NCBI GenBank assembly: GCA_963668025.2 | Contig: CAXXTH010000010.1 | Location: forward strand, 1,312,001-1,376,000 | Direction of reading: 5' to 3' | DNA from: Candidatus Hydrogenedentota bacterium | GTDB lineage: Bacteria > Hydrogenedentota > Hydrogenedentia > Hydrogenedentales > SLHB01 | DNA: 64,000 bases | Part shown: positions 50,243 through 59,668 of the stretch, piece after piece | Layout: each line of letters opens with the position of its first letter | Position numbering within the stretch: position 1 is the first letter of the stretch | Program-made: the position numbers and the translations under genes | Notes under the pieces: model-generated | What the model saw: only the letters and a program-made list of their open reading frames with translations | Told to the model about the DNA's origin: nothing | The model's database searches: none

Positions 50243-50466
50243 TCTACTCTCCCTTTCTGCCTTATTCCCTGTCCTTTTCCTGTGGCAGTCTTCCGGATGA
50301 AACATATTGCGGCCGCTTTTTTTATCACACGAACTTACAATCTCCAACTGACCAACAGGCCGGTGGTCATCCTCGTTGGCAACGAGCGCAACCCCACCAC
50401 AGACACTAATAGAGGAATACTGCCCTTGTCAAGTGGAAAGACATCGACAGGTATATAGGTATAGGC

Positions 50467-51450
50467 TTATTCCAGCGCTTCCGGGTTCACGCAATTCGGC
50501 GGCGTATCGCCGTTGAAACGGGCGATGATGTTTTGGGCGGCCATTTCGGCCATGCGGTTGCGGGTGTCGTGGGTGGCGCTGCCGAGGTGGGGGATGAGGA
50601 CGGCGTTTGGACACCCAAGCAGGCGTTCATGCACTTCCGGCTCTCGCTCGAAGACATCCAAGCCCGCTGCGAATATCTCGCCCGCATCGAGGGCCTTCGC
50701 GAGCGCTTCCTCATCCACCACGGGCCCGCGCGCCGTGTTCACGAGGCAGGCAGTGCGTTTCATGGCGCGGAATTCCGCCGCGCCGAAGGCGTGGGTGGTT
50801 TCGGGGGTGAGGGGGCAATGGATGGAGATGAAATCGGATTCCGCTAGGAGCGTGGTTTTATCGGCGAACGCCGCGCCTAAGTCTTGCTCTGTCTCCGGCG
50901 TGAGCCGGTTGCGGCTTGTGTAGAGGACGCGCATGTTGAAGCCTTTAGCGCGGCGCGCCACCGCCTGCCCGATGCGGCCCATGCCGAATATGCCTAGTGT
51001 TTTACCGTGGATATCCACGCCTAGAAAGAGTTGCGGGCCCCAGCCGCTCCATTGGCTTGCGCGCAGGAAGCGTTCCGATTCGCCCAAGCGCCGTGCGGCG
51101 GCCATCAGGAGCGCCCAGGCCAGATCAGCCGTCGATTCCGTCAGGACTCCTGGGGTGTTGCTCACGGCGATCCTCCGCGCCGATGCCTCGGCGATGTCGA
51201 TGTTATTATACCCCACCGCGTAATTGGCGATGATCTTGAGCGGCCTGCCCGCCGCATCCATGACGGCGGCGTCGATGCGGTCGGTCAGCAACGGAAGCAA
51301 CGCGGCCGCGTCTTGGACGAATTCCAGCAACTCATCTGGTTCGATAGGCCTGTCATGGGGGAAGACGTGGACGTTCTCCACGCCGAATGCGGCGCGTAGC
51401 AATTGGAGTCCTATTTCCGGGATAGCGCGTGTCACGACGATCTTAGGCAT
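50467..51450 (-). CDS. D-glycerate dehydrogenase / glyoxylate reductase
   Basis: AVGYNNID, NTPGVLT, GMGRIG, NTARG, LDVFE.EP and PHLGSAT motifs. Confidence 0.92.
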   Translation of the reverse strand: MPKIVVTRAIPEIGLQLLRAAFGVENVHVFPHDRPIEPDELLEFVQDAAALLPLLTDRIDAAVMDAAGRPLKIIANYAVGYNNIDIAEASARRIAVSNTPGVLTESTADLAWALLMAAARRLGESERFLRASQWSGWGPQLFLGVDIHGKTLGIFGMGRIGQAVARRAKGFNMRVLYTSRNRLTPETEQDLGAAFADKTTLLAESDFISIHCPLTPETTHAFGAAEFRAMKRTACLVNTARGPVVDEEALAKALDAGEIFAAGLDVFEREPEVHERLLGCPNAVLIPHLGSATHDTRNRMAEMAAQNIIARFNGDTPPNCVNPEALE

Positions 51451-51498
51451 GCTATTCCACCCGCGCGAAGCGCGACTCGAAAGTTTCTAGGAAGGGGC

Positions 51499-51534
51499 CA
51501 GGGGAAACCCTCTTTCCAAAGAAGGCCTCCCCTG
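51499..51534. repeat. Imperfect intergenic hairpin
   Basis: CAGGGGAAACCCTCTTT-CC-AAAGAAGGCCTCCCCTG between gnd and the dehydrogenase. Confidence 0.45.
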
Positions 51535-51544
51535 AATCATAATA

Positions 51545-52996
51545 TCACACTACGTAGGTCGAGGCCGAGGTCATGCCGCCGCGTCCGGTCCAATTGGTAT
51601 GGAAGAACTCGCCGCGCGGCTTATCGACGCGCTCATAGGTGTGCGCGCCGAAGTAGTCGCGCTGGGCCTGGAGCAGGTTGGCGGGCAAGCGCTCCGCGCG
51701 ATACCCATCGAAATAGGCCAGCGCGGTGCTAAGGGCCGGGGCCGGGATGCCCAGCTTCACCGCCGTGGTGATGACGCGCCGCCAGGCGGATTGGGCCTTC
51801 TCGATGGCGTCCTTGAAGAACGGATCGAGCAGCAGATTCACGAGGCCGGGATCTTTGTCGAAGGCCTCCTTGATTTTACCCAGGAAGGCCGACCGGATAA
51901 TGCAGCCGCCGCGCCACATGAGGGCGATGCCGCCGTAGTTCAGGTTCCAGCCGTATTCCGCCGCCGCCGAGCGCATGAGCTGGTAGCCTTGGGCATAGGA
52001 CACGATCTTCGAGGCGTAAAGCGCCTGGCGCAGATCGTTGACGAAGGCCTTCTTGTCGCCATCGAACGCACAGGTTTGGCCTTTAATGAGTTTCGATGCG
52101 GCCACGCGCTCGTCCTTGATGGCCGATAGGCAGCGTGCGAATACGGCTTCGCCGATAAGGGTCAACGGCTGGCCTTGGTCGAGGGCGGCGATGGCGGTCC
52201 ACTTGCCCGTGCCCTTCTGGCCGGCCGTGTCGAGGATAAGGTCCACGACCTCGTTGCCCTCTTCGTCTTTATATCCCAAGATGTCGCGGGTGATCTCGAT
52301 GAGGTACGAGTCGAGTTCGCCCTTGTTCCATTCCGCGAATACTTCATGCATTTCAGCGTTCGACATGCCGAGTCCTTGGCTCATGAGATGGTAGGTCTCA
52401 CAGATCATCTGCATGTCGCCGTACTCGATGCCATTATGCACCATCTTGACGAAGTGGCCCGCGCCGCCCTCGCCGACCCAGTCGCAACAGGGGGCGCCGT
52501 CGGCGGTCTTGGACGCGATGGCTTGGAAGATGGGCTTCACATGCTCCCATGCGGCAGGCGAACCGCCGGGCATGATGGACGGCCCGAGCAGCGCGCCTTC
52601 CTCGCCGCCCGACACGCCAGTGCCGATGTACAGGAAGCCCTTGCTCTCGACATATTGCGCACGGCGGATGGTGTCCGGGAAATGCGAATTGCCGCCGTCA
52701 ATGATGATGTCGCCTGGTTCGAGGTGGGGGAGAAGCAGTTCGATGAAGTCGTCCACCGCCTTACCCGCCTTCACCAGCATCATGACCTTGCGCGGCGTCT
52801 TCAAGTTGGCGCACAGCTCTTCGATGCTGTGGCAGCCCAGGATGTTTTTGCCTTTGCCCCGGCCATTCACGAAATCATCCACTTTCGATACGGTGCGGTT
52901 AAAGACCGCCACGGAAAAGCCTTTGCTTTCCGCATTGAGCACTAGATTTTCGCCCATGACCGCCAAGCCGATGAGCCCCATGTCCATTTTCGCCAT
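51545..52996 (-). CDS. gnd: NADP-dependent 6-phosphogluconate dehydrogenase
   Basis: [28 protein letters not shown] and [12 protein letters not shown] motifs. Confidence 0.97.
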   Translation of the reverse strand: MAKMDMGLIGLAVMGENLVLNAESKGFSVAVFNRTVSKVDDFVNGRGKGKNILGCHSIEELCANLKTPRKVMMLVKAGKAVDDFIELLLPHLEPGDIIIDGGNSHFPDTIRRAQYVESKGFLYIGTGVSGGEEGALLGPSIMPGGSPAAWEHVKPIFQAIASKTADGAPCCDWVGEGGAGHFVKMVHNGIEYGDMQMICETYHLMSQGLGMSNAEMHEVFAEWNKGELDSYLIEITRDILGYKDEEGNEVVDLILDTAGQKGTGKWTAIAALDQGQPLTLIGEAVFARCLSAIKDERVAASKLIKGQTCAFDGDKKAFVNDLRQALYASKIVSYAQGYQLMRSAAAEYGWNLNYGGIALMWRGGCIIRSAFLGKIKEAFDKDPGLVNLLLDPFFKDAIEKAQSAWRRVITTAVKLGIPAPALSTALAYFDGYRAERLPANLLQAQRDYFGAHTYERVDKPRGEFFHTNWTGRGGMTSASTYVV

Positions 52997-53026
52997 TGGT
53001 TAGCTTCTCCTTCTATGTTGATTGTG

Positions 53027-53347
53027 TTATGAATGATTAAGTGTCATATTCGCTTCTTGCAGCACTTCATAGTACTTTTCAATAATCGCCTGGAATTCCT
53101 TTGCCAGCTTGTCCCAGTCCAGCACGTCCACCATGAACGGCAGATTGGACTCCGCAAACGCGTCCTTCAGTTCCTCTATGCGCCGCCAATCCACCGGCTC
53201 CGGCGTGACGAGCGCCAGATCCAAGTCGCTGTAAGGCCGCGCATTGCCCCGTACCCGCGAACCGAAGGCCCTCACCTCCGCTTCGGGGATGTGCGACGCG
53301 AGGAGCCGCTTCACTTCCGCTAGTTCTTCACTAGATAAGTCAATCAT
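53027..53347 (-). CDS. Minimal nucleotidyltransferase (MNT antitoxin-like)
   Basis: FGSRVRG..SDLDL and LPFMVDV motifs; overlaps the HEPN stop. Confidence 0.9.
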   Translation of the reverse strand: MIDLSSEELAEVKRLLASHIPEAEVRAFGSRVRGNARPYSDLDLALVTPEPVDWRRIEELKDAFAESNLPFMVDVLDWDKLAKEFQAIIEKYYEVLQEANMTLNHS

Positions 53348-53759
53348 TCCGTTTTTCAAGTTCCGCTAGAAGCGCTTGTGCATGAGGCAAAAACTGCTTT
53401 GCGTGCTCTAGCGCCACTTCCGCTTGCGCTTCGTCATATGTGTGGGACGTTAAGCTTCGTGCGTCGCCAAAAGCAAACCATGGCTCGGGATTGGCGATAA
53501 GGCCTTGCCTGGCCGACATACGGAACAACTCCTTGCGCGTCCGGGGAAACTCGGCTTCCGCCAGCGAACCATTCTCGCGCAGCCACCGCTGCATGAACTT
53601 CCAGCACTGCTCGTACGCGATCTCGAAGTGCTGGATGATGCCTGCTCGAATCGCTTCCCGCGCGTCAGCCTCATAGGAGTCACCACGCGTATCCAGTACG
53701 TGCAATGAACGATCCAGCGCTTCGATGGTTTTCCGCAAGCTTGTCAGTTCCAGCCGCAT
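53340..53759 (-). CDS. HEPN protein (HI0074 family)
   Basis: IIQHFEIAYEQCWK; RSLTSHTY (RX4H) motif. Confidence 0.9.
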   Translation of the reverse strand: MRLELTSLRKTIEALDRSLHVLDTRGDSYEADAREAIRAGIIQHFEIAYEQCWKFMQRWLRENGSLAEAEFPRTRKELFRMSARQGLIANPEPWFAFGDARSLTSHTYDEAQAEVALEHAKQFLPHAQALLAELEKRND

Positions 53760-53784
53760 GGTTCACCTCAGTTCATGTCTCACT

Positions 53785-55071
53785 CTATTTCCGCAATGCC
53801 TGCAACGTGTACGCCGGGAGTTTTTTATCCGCGAAGATCGGTTTGAACCGCGTGAAGCGGTGGCGGCCGGCATTGATCGGCGCGCTGATCCAGTCTTCGC
53901 CGATGAGCGGTTTTGCATAGCGCACGAAATCATCCGTCACATCGATCTTGCTTGGCGCAATCCACGACTTCGGGAAAGAACGTTCCGAATTGGCGACTTG
54001 TTCGAGAGGCACTTTGTCATACCGCACATTATAAATCACGCCCGGCTCGCGCAAGATGGTGGACATCCAGCCATTCTCGCCGGATTGGGCGATCAAGGCG
54101 GCCTTCTGGCCTACTTTATATGCTTCATCCAGGTCCACGATGGATGTATACAGCGCCATGGCGCGTTGATCCGTACCCGAGACTTGTCCGCGCGCCGCAC
54201 CAGGCACCGGCAGTTTCTTTTCATTCAACAAGTTGACGATTTTCTGCGCGGCGGTCAGTTTCGTGGCTCCGAAATGGGTGTGGCCGAAGCTATCCTTGAT
54301 ATCGCCTAATTCGCCTATGTCGAAGCCCTCGCTTACGACGAGCATGCACCGGCCATCGCGCTTGAGCTGGTCGCTCACGTTGTCGCATAACTCTTCCGCT
54401 GTCACGCCCGATTCGGCCATATAGATCTGAAGCGGCATCTCCCGTTTCGGGTCCGCCAGACGCGCCGCCGCAGGAATGAAGCCGATTTTGCGGCCCATGG
54501 CCTGCATGACCAGAACGGGATCGTTGGGGCAAGAACCTGCATTTTCTTCGTTGGCGGCCTGGACCACGCCCATCCAATACCGCGCCACGCTGCCGTAGCC
54601 CGGCGTATGGTCGATGAGCTTGAATTCCGAGTCGCCCACGTCGTTGTCGATGGTCTTCGGAACGCCGACGCCGATGAGGTCGAGGCCTTGTTCGTGGGCG
54701 AGGTTGGCGATTTTATGGGCGGTGTCCATCGAGTCATTGCCGCCGTTATAGAAGAAATACCCGATGTTATGGGCCTTGAACACCTCGATGACCCGCTGGA
54801 AGTCCTCTTGCTGGTCTTTTTTCAACTTGTACCGGCAAGTGCCGATAGAGCCTGCGGCGGGGGTGTAACGCAGCAGGGCGACTTCTTCTTCATCTTGAGC
54901 AGACAGGTCGAGTAATTCTTCCTTCAAGACGCCCTCAATGCCGTGCCATCCCGCGTAGAGGGTTCCAAAGGTCTCAGGGAACATCTTGCACGCGTCGATG
55001 ACGCCGCGAAGCGAGCTGTTGATGACGGGGCTAGGCCCGCCAGACTGTGCGACAATGACATTCTTTGGCAT
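53785..55071 (-). CDS. PfkA-family kinase, predicted PPi-dependent
   Basis: QSGGPSPVIN, GGNDS (Asp typical of PPi use), PKTIDND, MGR and SEG motifs. Confidence 0.85.
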   Translation of the reverse strand: MPKNVIVAQSGGPSPVINSSLRGVIDACKMFPETFGTLYAGWHGIEGVLKEELLDLSAQDEEEVALLRYTPAAGSIGTCRYKLKKDQQEDFQRVIEVFKAHNIGYFFYNGGNDSMDTAHKIANLAHEQGLDLIGVGVPKTIDNDVGDSEFKLIDHTPGYGSVARYWMGVVQAANEENAGSCPNDPVLVMQAMGRKIGFIPAAARLADPKREMPLQIYMAESGVTAEELCDNVSDQLKRDGRCMLVVSEGFDIGELGDIKDSFGHTHFGATKLTAAQKIVNLLNEKKLPVPGAARGQVSGTDQRAMALYTSIVDLDEAYKVGQKAALIAQSGENGWMSTILREPGVIYNVRYDKVPLEQVANSERSFPKSWIAPSKIDVTDDFVRYAKPLIGEDWISAPINAGRHRFTRFKPIFADKKLPAYTLQALRK

Positions 55072-55540
55072 GATGCAATTGTTCCTCCTGTATAGTGCCA
55101 TTATATCCAAATAGAATGAACCTAAATAATCGGCTTACGCCGATTCAATATGAATTCCATAGAGTAGCATAGCCGCAACTAAAGGCCCGGATTGTAGGCC
55201 ACGAAATACCCTAAATACACGAAAACATTCAATGGAATACTTTGTGACTCTGGCCACGCCGTTGTTAATTGCTCATCAGTGTAATCGGTGTCATCAGTGG
55301 ATCAAAATGTCTTCAAATGCTTGCACAGGAAATCTTTGCAAGAAAAGGTTTTTTGTAGATAGCAGCCCAACACTGGCGGCGCATGGCGGCATTGAAATAC
55401 GTGTAGCATGCGCTTTTCTTGTTTAACCAGCTTCTATTAGTTAATAATTTCATAAAAATCGATTAAATAACAATCATAAATTAACTTATTATACAGCTAG
55501 AGTCAACGCTCTAACATTATCTAGGGCCTATTATAAGACA

Positions 55541-56869
55541 TTATGACATACGATTTCTATAAAAAGGCTTCGGTGCGGGATTGCCTTCTTTTAACCGATA
55601 GAGCACTTCTCCCGCGTGTGGCACGAGGAGAAGCCCTTCCTCTTCCTTGTCTTTCCAGTCATCGGGATGGATGGATGCCGGAGCACGATACCCCAGGTTA
55701 ATGGCGCGGCATTCCTCTTCGGGTATTCCCGTGGCCAGCGTGACCTGAATCCGGCATTTTTCCACGCCGTTTTCCATAGTCCCGATGCCGCGCACGTGGG
55801 TCGAATGGGCCAGGATGCCGCCGGGTATGTCGCGAAATCTATCGAGTTGGGACAAGAAATAGTCGCGGGTATGATAACCGATGCGCTTGATCAGTTTGCC
55901 ATGAGTCACGCTGATTTCACGAATATGCGGCGCACAAATAATCAGTTCGCCGCCATCGGCCACCACGGGCTCGAGCTTGTACATGCATTTGCCCGCCACC
56001 CAGATCTCGTCATACATGGCGGGGGCCATGGCGAGCACGCTGGTGTAGGGGCGGTCTTTGTAGACGACATGCGTCTGTGCCGATAGGTCCGCTGCGGCGT
56101 CCCAGGCGTCTTCCGGCGTGCCGTAAAAAATGCCTTTGCAATCCTTGCCCATCACATTCAGGCAAAAGCAGCGTTTCTCGATGGGAATCATGGAGGCGGC
56201 TAGGTTGATGACTTCCCGCACGGGCGTGTACTTTGTGCCATTGATGACGGGATTCGAGATCAGCGCGCCCAACCAGTGAAATAGGTTCAGTATTTCCTCG
56301 CCCGCGATGCCGGGGAAAAAATACTTGTTGCCGCCGCTGAAGCCTACGACCTCGTGGGGAAACACGGGCCCTACAATGCACAGCAAATCGTAATCAAAGA
56401 TCCGCTTGTTGATCAGCACATCGGCGCGCTGCCGCAGCAATCCGCCGCTGATGTGTTCGATCTCTTCCTCAGTGACCGTTCCGATATGCCGCAGCATATC
56501 CGCATTCTGCCAATCATGATTAAAAATGCCGACATCCGCGTATTTGGTTGCGCGCTCTTCGGACGATATGCCCACGAGGTGGTTGATGGCCTCATCCGTC
56601 ATGGGCGGATGTGTGCCCAAGGCCACGAGGCAATCCATTTTCGCCACGCGCCCATGGACCGCATCAAACAGCGCTCGAAACATAGCCGCCATGGGCATGC
56701 TGCGCGTGCTGTCGGGAATGATGAAGAGGACGCGCTTGCCATTGATGGATTCGTTTCCCAGCGTTTCTTGCACGAAAGCATGCAAGCCGGACTCTGATAG
56801 GAAGCCTTGCGATGCGATCAGTTGCTTAGTTGAGGATGTGGTTTGCATCAACTCGGGTATCTCCTCCAT
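55541..56869 (-). CDS. LarA-family (nickel-pincer) 2-hydroxyacid racemase/epimerase
   Basis: IPDSTR, ALGTHPPM, NHDW and PHEVVGFSGGNK motifs. Confidence 0.88.
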   Translation of the reverse strand: MEEIPELMQTTSSTKQLIASQGFLSESGLHAFVQETLGNESINGKRVLFIIPDSTRSMPMAAMFRALFDAVHGRVAKMDCLVALGTHPPMTDEAINHLVGISSEERATKYADVGIFNHDWQNADMLRHIGTVTEEEIEHISGGLLRQRADVLINKRIFDYDLLCIVGPVFPHEVVGFSGGNKYFFPGIAGEEILNLFHWLGALISNPVINGTKYTPVREVINLAASMIPIEKRCFCLNVMGKDCKGIFYGTPEDAWDAAADLSAQTHVVYKDRPYTSVLAMAPAMYDEIWVAGKCMYKLEPVVADGGELIICAPHIREISVTHGKLIKRIGYHTRDYFLSQLDRFRDIPGGILAHSTHVRGIGTMENGVEKCRIQVTLATGIPEEECRAINLGYRAPASIHPDDWKDKEEEGLLLVPHAGEVLYRLKEGNPAPKPFYRNRMS

Positions 56870-56887
56870 GTGAAAGGCTCGGAATAC

Positions 56888-57033
56888 TCACCACTAAGTC
56901 ACAAAGACACAAGGAGTTGTGAGAGTTCATTCATCTGCCTCACTCTTTATTTGTGCAATAATGGTTAAATATTCATATACATACATGATGAAGTCCTTGA
57001 GAACCTCTTTGTGTCTTCGTGTCTTGGTGGTGA
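56888..57033. repeat. Inverted pair of 8-nt-periodic CACNAAGN arms (same family as 34801/35181)
   Basis: TCACCACTAAGTCACAAAGACACAAGGAG ... CTCTTTGTGTCTTCGTGTCTTGGTGGTGA (25 of 29 match). Confidence 0.85.
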
Positions 57034-57034
57034 A

Positions 57035-58201
57035 TTATCCGGATACTTCCGCAGATCTATCGGCAATGCTATATCCCAATCCCGCCAGCGCCCTCTCGAT
57101 CTCGCTATTCGCAGGCTCCACGAGCGCGCGCGTATTAAAAAACTCGCAGCGCTGGGGATATTCTTTCCGCAAGCGATCAAAGTATGCGCCGCGCTGTTCC
57201 TCGGGCTGCCCAATAATGCCGCGCATGGCCGCATCGTCTTCCACTATATCATAAACCGGTTTTACTGCTTGCCGCAGGGCGTCCATAAAGGGAAGTGAAC
57301 CATCCACGCGCACTTCGGGGCACGCTGGCGCGGGGAGCAAAGGCGCGGGATTCCAAGTGGGGGGGAGGCCCAGGAATTGGCAGGCGGCCTCGTAAATCTG
57401 CCGCGTGCCGTTCACCTTGCCATCGAAGGAGTAGCCCGCGATGTGGGGCGTGCCGATGAACACGCGCTTGAGCAGAGCGGCGTTTATACTCGGTTCGCCT
57501 TCCCATACATCGAGCACGCAGGCCCGCAAGTGGCCATCATCCAGGGCGTGTATAATCGCTTTGCCGTCCGCCACGGGGCCGCGTGAACTGTTCATGAGAA
57601 TCGCGCCTGGCTTCATTGCTTGAATAAACGATTCGTCCGCCAAATGATAGGTCGCGTCCGGCCCTTCTTTCTGAATAGGCACATGGAGCGTGACGATATC
57701 GCATCCCAGGATCTCTTCAATAGGCCGGTATTTGGTATTGCCAGTCTGGCGCTCGAGCGGCGGATCGTTGAGGACGCACTTCATGCCTAGCGCAGTGGCC
57801 ATGGCCAGCACCCGTTTTCCCACATTGCCCACGCCTACGATGCCCAGCGTCATGCCGTGCAAATCGAATCCGAATCGTTCGCTCAGCGCCAGCAAGGCGC
57901 ACGCGATATATTGGCCTACGCTGTTCGCGTTGCAGCCCGGCGCGCTCGAGAAAGCGATGCCGTGTTGTGCGAGATACGCCTTGTCGATGTGGTCTTCTCC
58001 AATGGTGGCCGTGGCCACGAAACGGACCTTGGAGCCATCCAAGAGCGCCGCGTTCACCTTGGTGATCGAGCGGACCAGCAGTAGTTCCGCGTCGTGGACG
58101 GTCTCTGCGGCCATCTTGCGGCCGTGCGCCGTACACACTTCGCCCAGTGGCGCAAACGCCTCCCGGACATAGGGGATGTTTTCATCGGCGATAATCAGCA
58201 T
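57035..58201 (-). CDS. pdxB: 4-phosphoerythronate dehydrogenase
   Basis: IADENIP, LLVRSIT, TATIGEDHID, APGCNA, LDVWEGEP, TPHIAGYS and FDRLRKEYP motifs. Confidence 0.9.
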   Translation of the reverse strand: MLIIADENIPYVREAFAPLGEVCTAHGRKMAAETVHDAELLLVRSITKVNAALLDGSKVRFVATATIGEDHIDKAYLAQHGIAFSSAPGCNANSVGQYIACALLALSERFGFDLHGMTLGIVGVGNVGKRVLAMATALGMKCVLNDPPLERQTGNTKYRPIEEILGCDIVTLHVPIQKEGPDATYHLADESFIQAMKPGAILMNSSRGPVADGKAIIHALDDGHLRACVLDVWEGEPSINAALLKRVFIGTPHIAGYSFDGKVNGTRQIYEAACQFLGLPPTWNPAPLLPAPACPEVRVDGSLPFMDALRQAVKPVYDIVEDDAAMRGIIGQPEEQRGAYFDRLRKEYPQRCEFFNTRALVEPANSEIERALAGLGYSIADRSAEVSG

Positions 58202-58218
58202 GGTAGCTCCTTTTTTGG

Positions 58219-58247
58219 ACCACGAATGGACACGAATTTGCACGAAT
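58219..58247. repeat. Single periodic arm (CACGAAT x3, 10-nt period)
   Basis: ACCACGAATGGACACGAATTTGCACGAAT just upstream of the pdxB RBS. Confidence 0.7.
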
Positions 58248-58381
58248 AAAGAAGTGCATTTCTGGTGCATTAATCAAACTTACAGACAAAATGCTTATGT
58301 GTATATAATTATATTTATAGTACATTATTAAATTATTTACTGATGTATTTTCATTGATTCATATATGTAAAATAATCGTGA

Positions 58382-59440
58382 TCATTGGTGTTTATTCCTG
58401 GTTCCTCTCGTTTCTTCATCAATGATTGCTTTCGTGAGCGAGATAGCGTCCAGCGCATATGGGCTGTCGCTGGTCTCCTGGCACAAGATGATTTCATCAA
58501 CGCCTTGCCGCACGGCAAGGGCGACATCATTGAGTTCAGCCCGGTTGGGCGTTCCGGTGGACGCATAGTGTTCGAGGAATTGCGTGGCCACGGCCACGGG
58601 CTTGCCTGCTAATTGGGCAAGTTTTACGATCTCCTCCTGAATGCGCGGCAGCCGGTGGGGCGGCACGAATATGCCCAAGTCGCCGCGCCCCAGCAGAACG
58701 CCATCCGCTTCGGCGATGATGGCGCGCGCGTTTTCCACGGCGTAAGCGGTTTCGATTTTAGCGATGATGCGCGGTGTCTCCTCCGGCCATATAGCGGTGA
58801 TGTCGCGGCGCGCTTCGGCTATCTGCGCGGCGGATACGGCCAGAGATAGCAGGATGCCGCTGGGTTTTATGCGTGCGGCGGCGAAACAGGCGAGGAGCTT
58901 TTGGTCGTCCTTGCGAAGCAATTCAAAATGGACGCCGCTATCGGGGAAGCTGCACCCGTTGTTTTCTTGAAGCGCTGAAGAGGCGGTATGGCATCTTGCC
59001 GATATCGTATTCGCCGTGTGGGAAATCACACTGAAGATATTACGCCCATCACGGAACATCAGCCGATGTCCGGGCTCGAGCATGGAAGCCCATTGCGGCA
59101 AGCCAGGCAGTGGAATTTCACCCTCTATTTGGGTGGTTTCCGCATCCACAAGCTGGACGATTTCGCCAGGATGGAACCGGCGGGCAAGCATGCGGCCAAT
59201 GCGCGGGCGCGTGGCGGGCAGATCAAGATATAGCCCGCATTTGGTTTCAAGCCCAGCAGAGGCTAGTATTTCTTGCTTGGCCAGAATAATATTTCGAGCG
59301 TCCATCAGATGATCGCGGCCGGACAGCCCTAAGGCCATGCGGAATCCGTTTGCACCGCACGCCATGGCTTCCCTGAGTTTTTGTAAGGAATCCATGGTTC
59401 GTCCGGCGCTGGCGATGATCCGGGGGCGCTGTTGTATCAA
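58382..59440 (-). CDS. Divergent pyruvate-kinase-like protein lacking the C-terminal regulatory domain
   Basis: IAKIET, GRGDLG, VATQ and PNRAELNDV retained; RLNFSHG and DTKGP motifs replaced; protein ends right after the barrel. Confidence 0.8.
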   Translation of the reverse strand: MIQQRPRIIASAGRTMDSLQKLREAMACGANGFRMALGLSGRDHLMDARNIILAKQEILASAGLETKCGLYLDLPATRPRIGRMLARRFHPGEIVQLVDAETTQIEGEIPLPGLPQWASMLEPGHRLMFRDGRNIFSVISHTANTISARCHTASSALQENNGCSFPDSGVHFELLRKDDQKLLACFAAARIKPSGILLSLAVSAAQIAEARRDITAIWPEETPRIIAKIETAYAVENARAIIAEADGVLLGRGDLGIFVPPHRLPRIQEEIVKLAQLAGKPVAVATQFLEHYASTGTPNRAELNDVALAVRQGVDEIILCQETSDSPYALDAISLTKAIIDEETRGTRNKHQ

Positions 59441-59445
59441 GGTTT

Positions 59446-59586
59446 TTACGACTCCTTCGCCAACTGCGGGAAGAGCGTCACCACAAAATCATATACCGGT
59501 TCTTCGAAGGTTTCGCACCACCAGGTGGGCGCGCAGCCGCATGGCATGGGGCATAACTGGCTGGTGGCGGCTTTTATGTGCTTCAT
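59446..59586 (-). CDS. 46-aa Cys/Trp-rich peptide (absent from the ORF track)
   Basis: GAGGAG RBS, ATG 59586 to TAA 59446: MKHIKAATSQLCPMPCGCAPTWWCETFEEPVYDFVVTLFPQLAKES; ends 5 nt before the PK-like start. Confidence 0.65.
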   Translation of the reverse strand: MKHIKAATSQLCPMPCGCAPTWWCETFEEPVYDFVVTLFPQLAKES

Positions 59587-59605
59587 GGCCTGTCTCCTCA
59601 GTTGT

Positions 59606-59648
59606 AATAGGGGAGAAGCCATCCCACATCGAGTGTTTCTCCCCTATT
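59606..59648. other. 12-bp perfect stem at the upstream edge of the peptide/PK-like cassette
   Basis: AATAGGGGAGAA ... TTCTCCCCTATT. Confidence 0.6.
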
Positions 59649-59668
59649 TGTTCCACCAATAGGAATGG

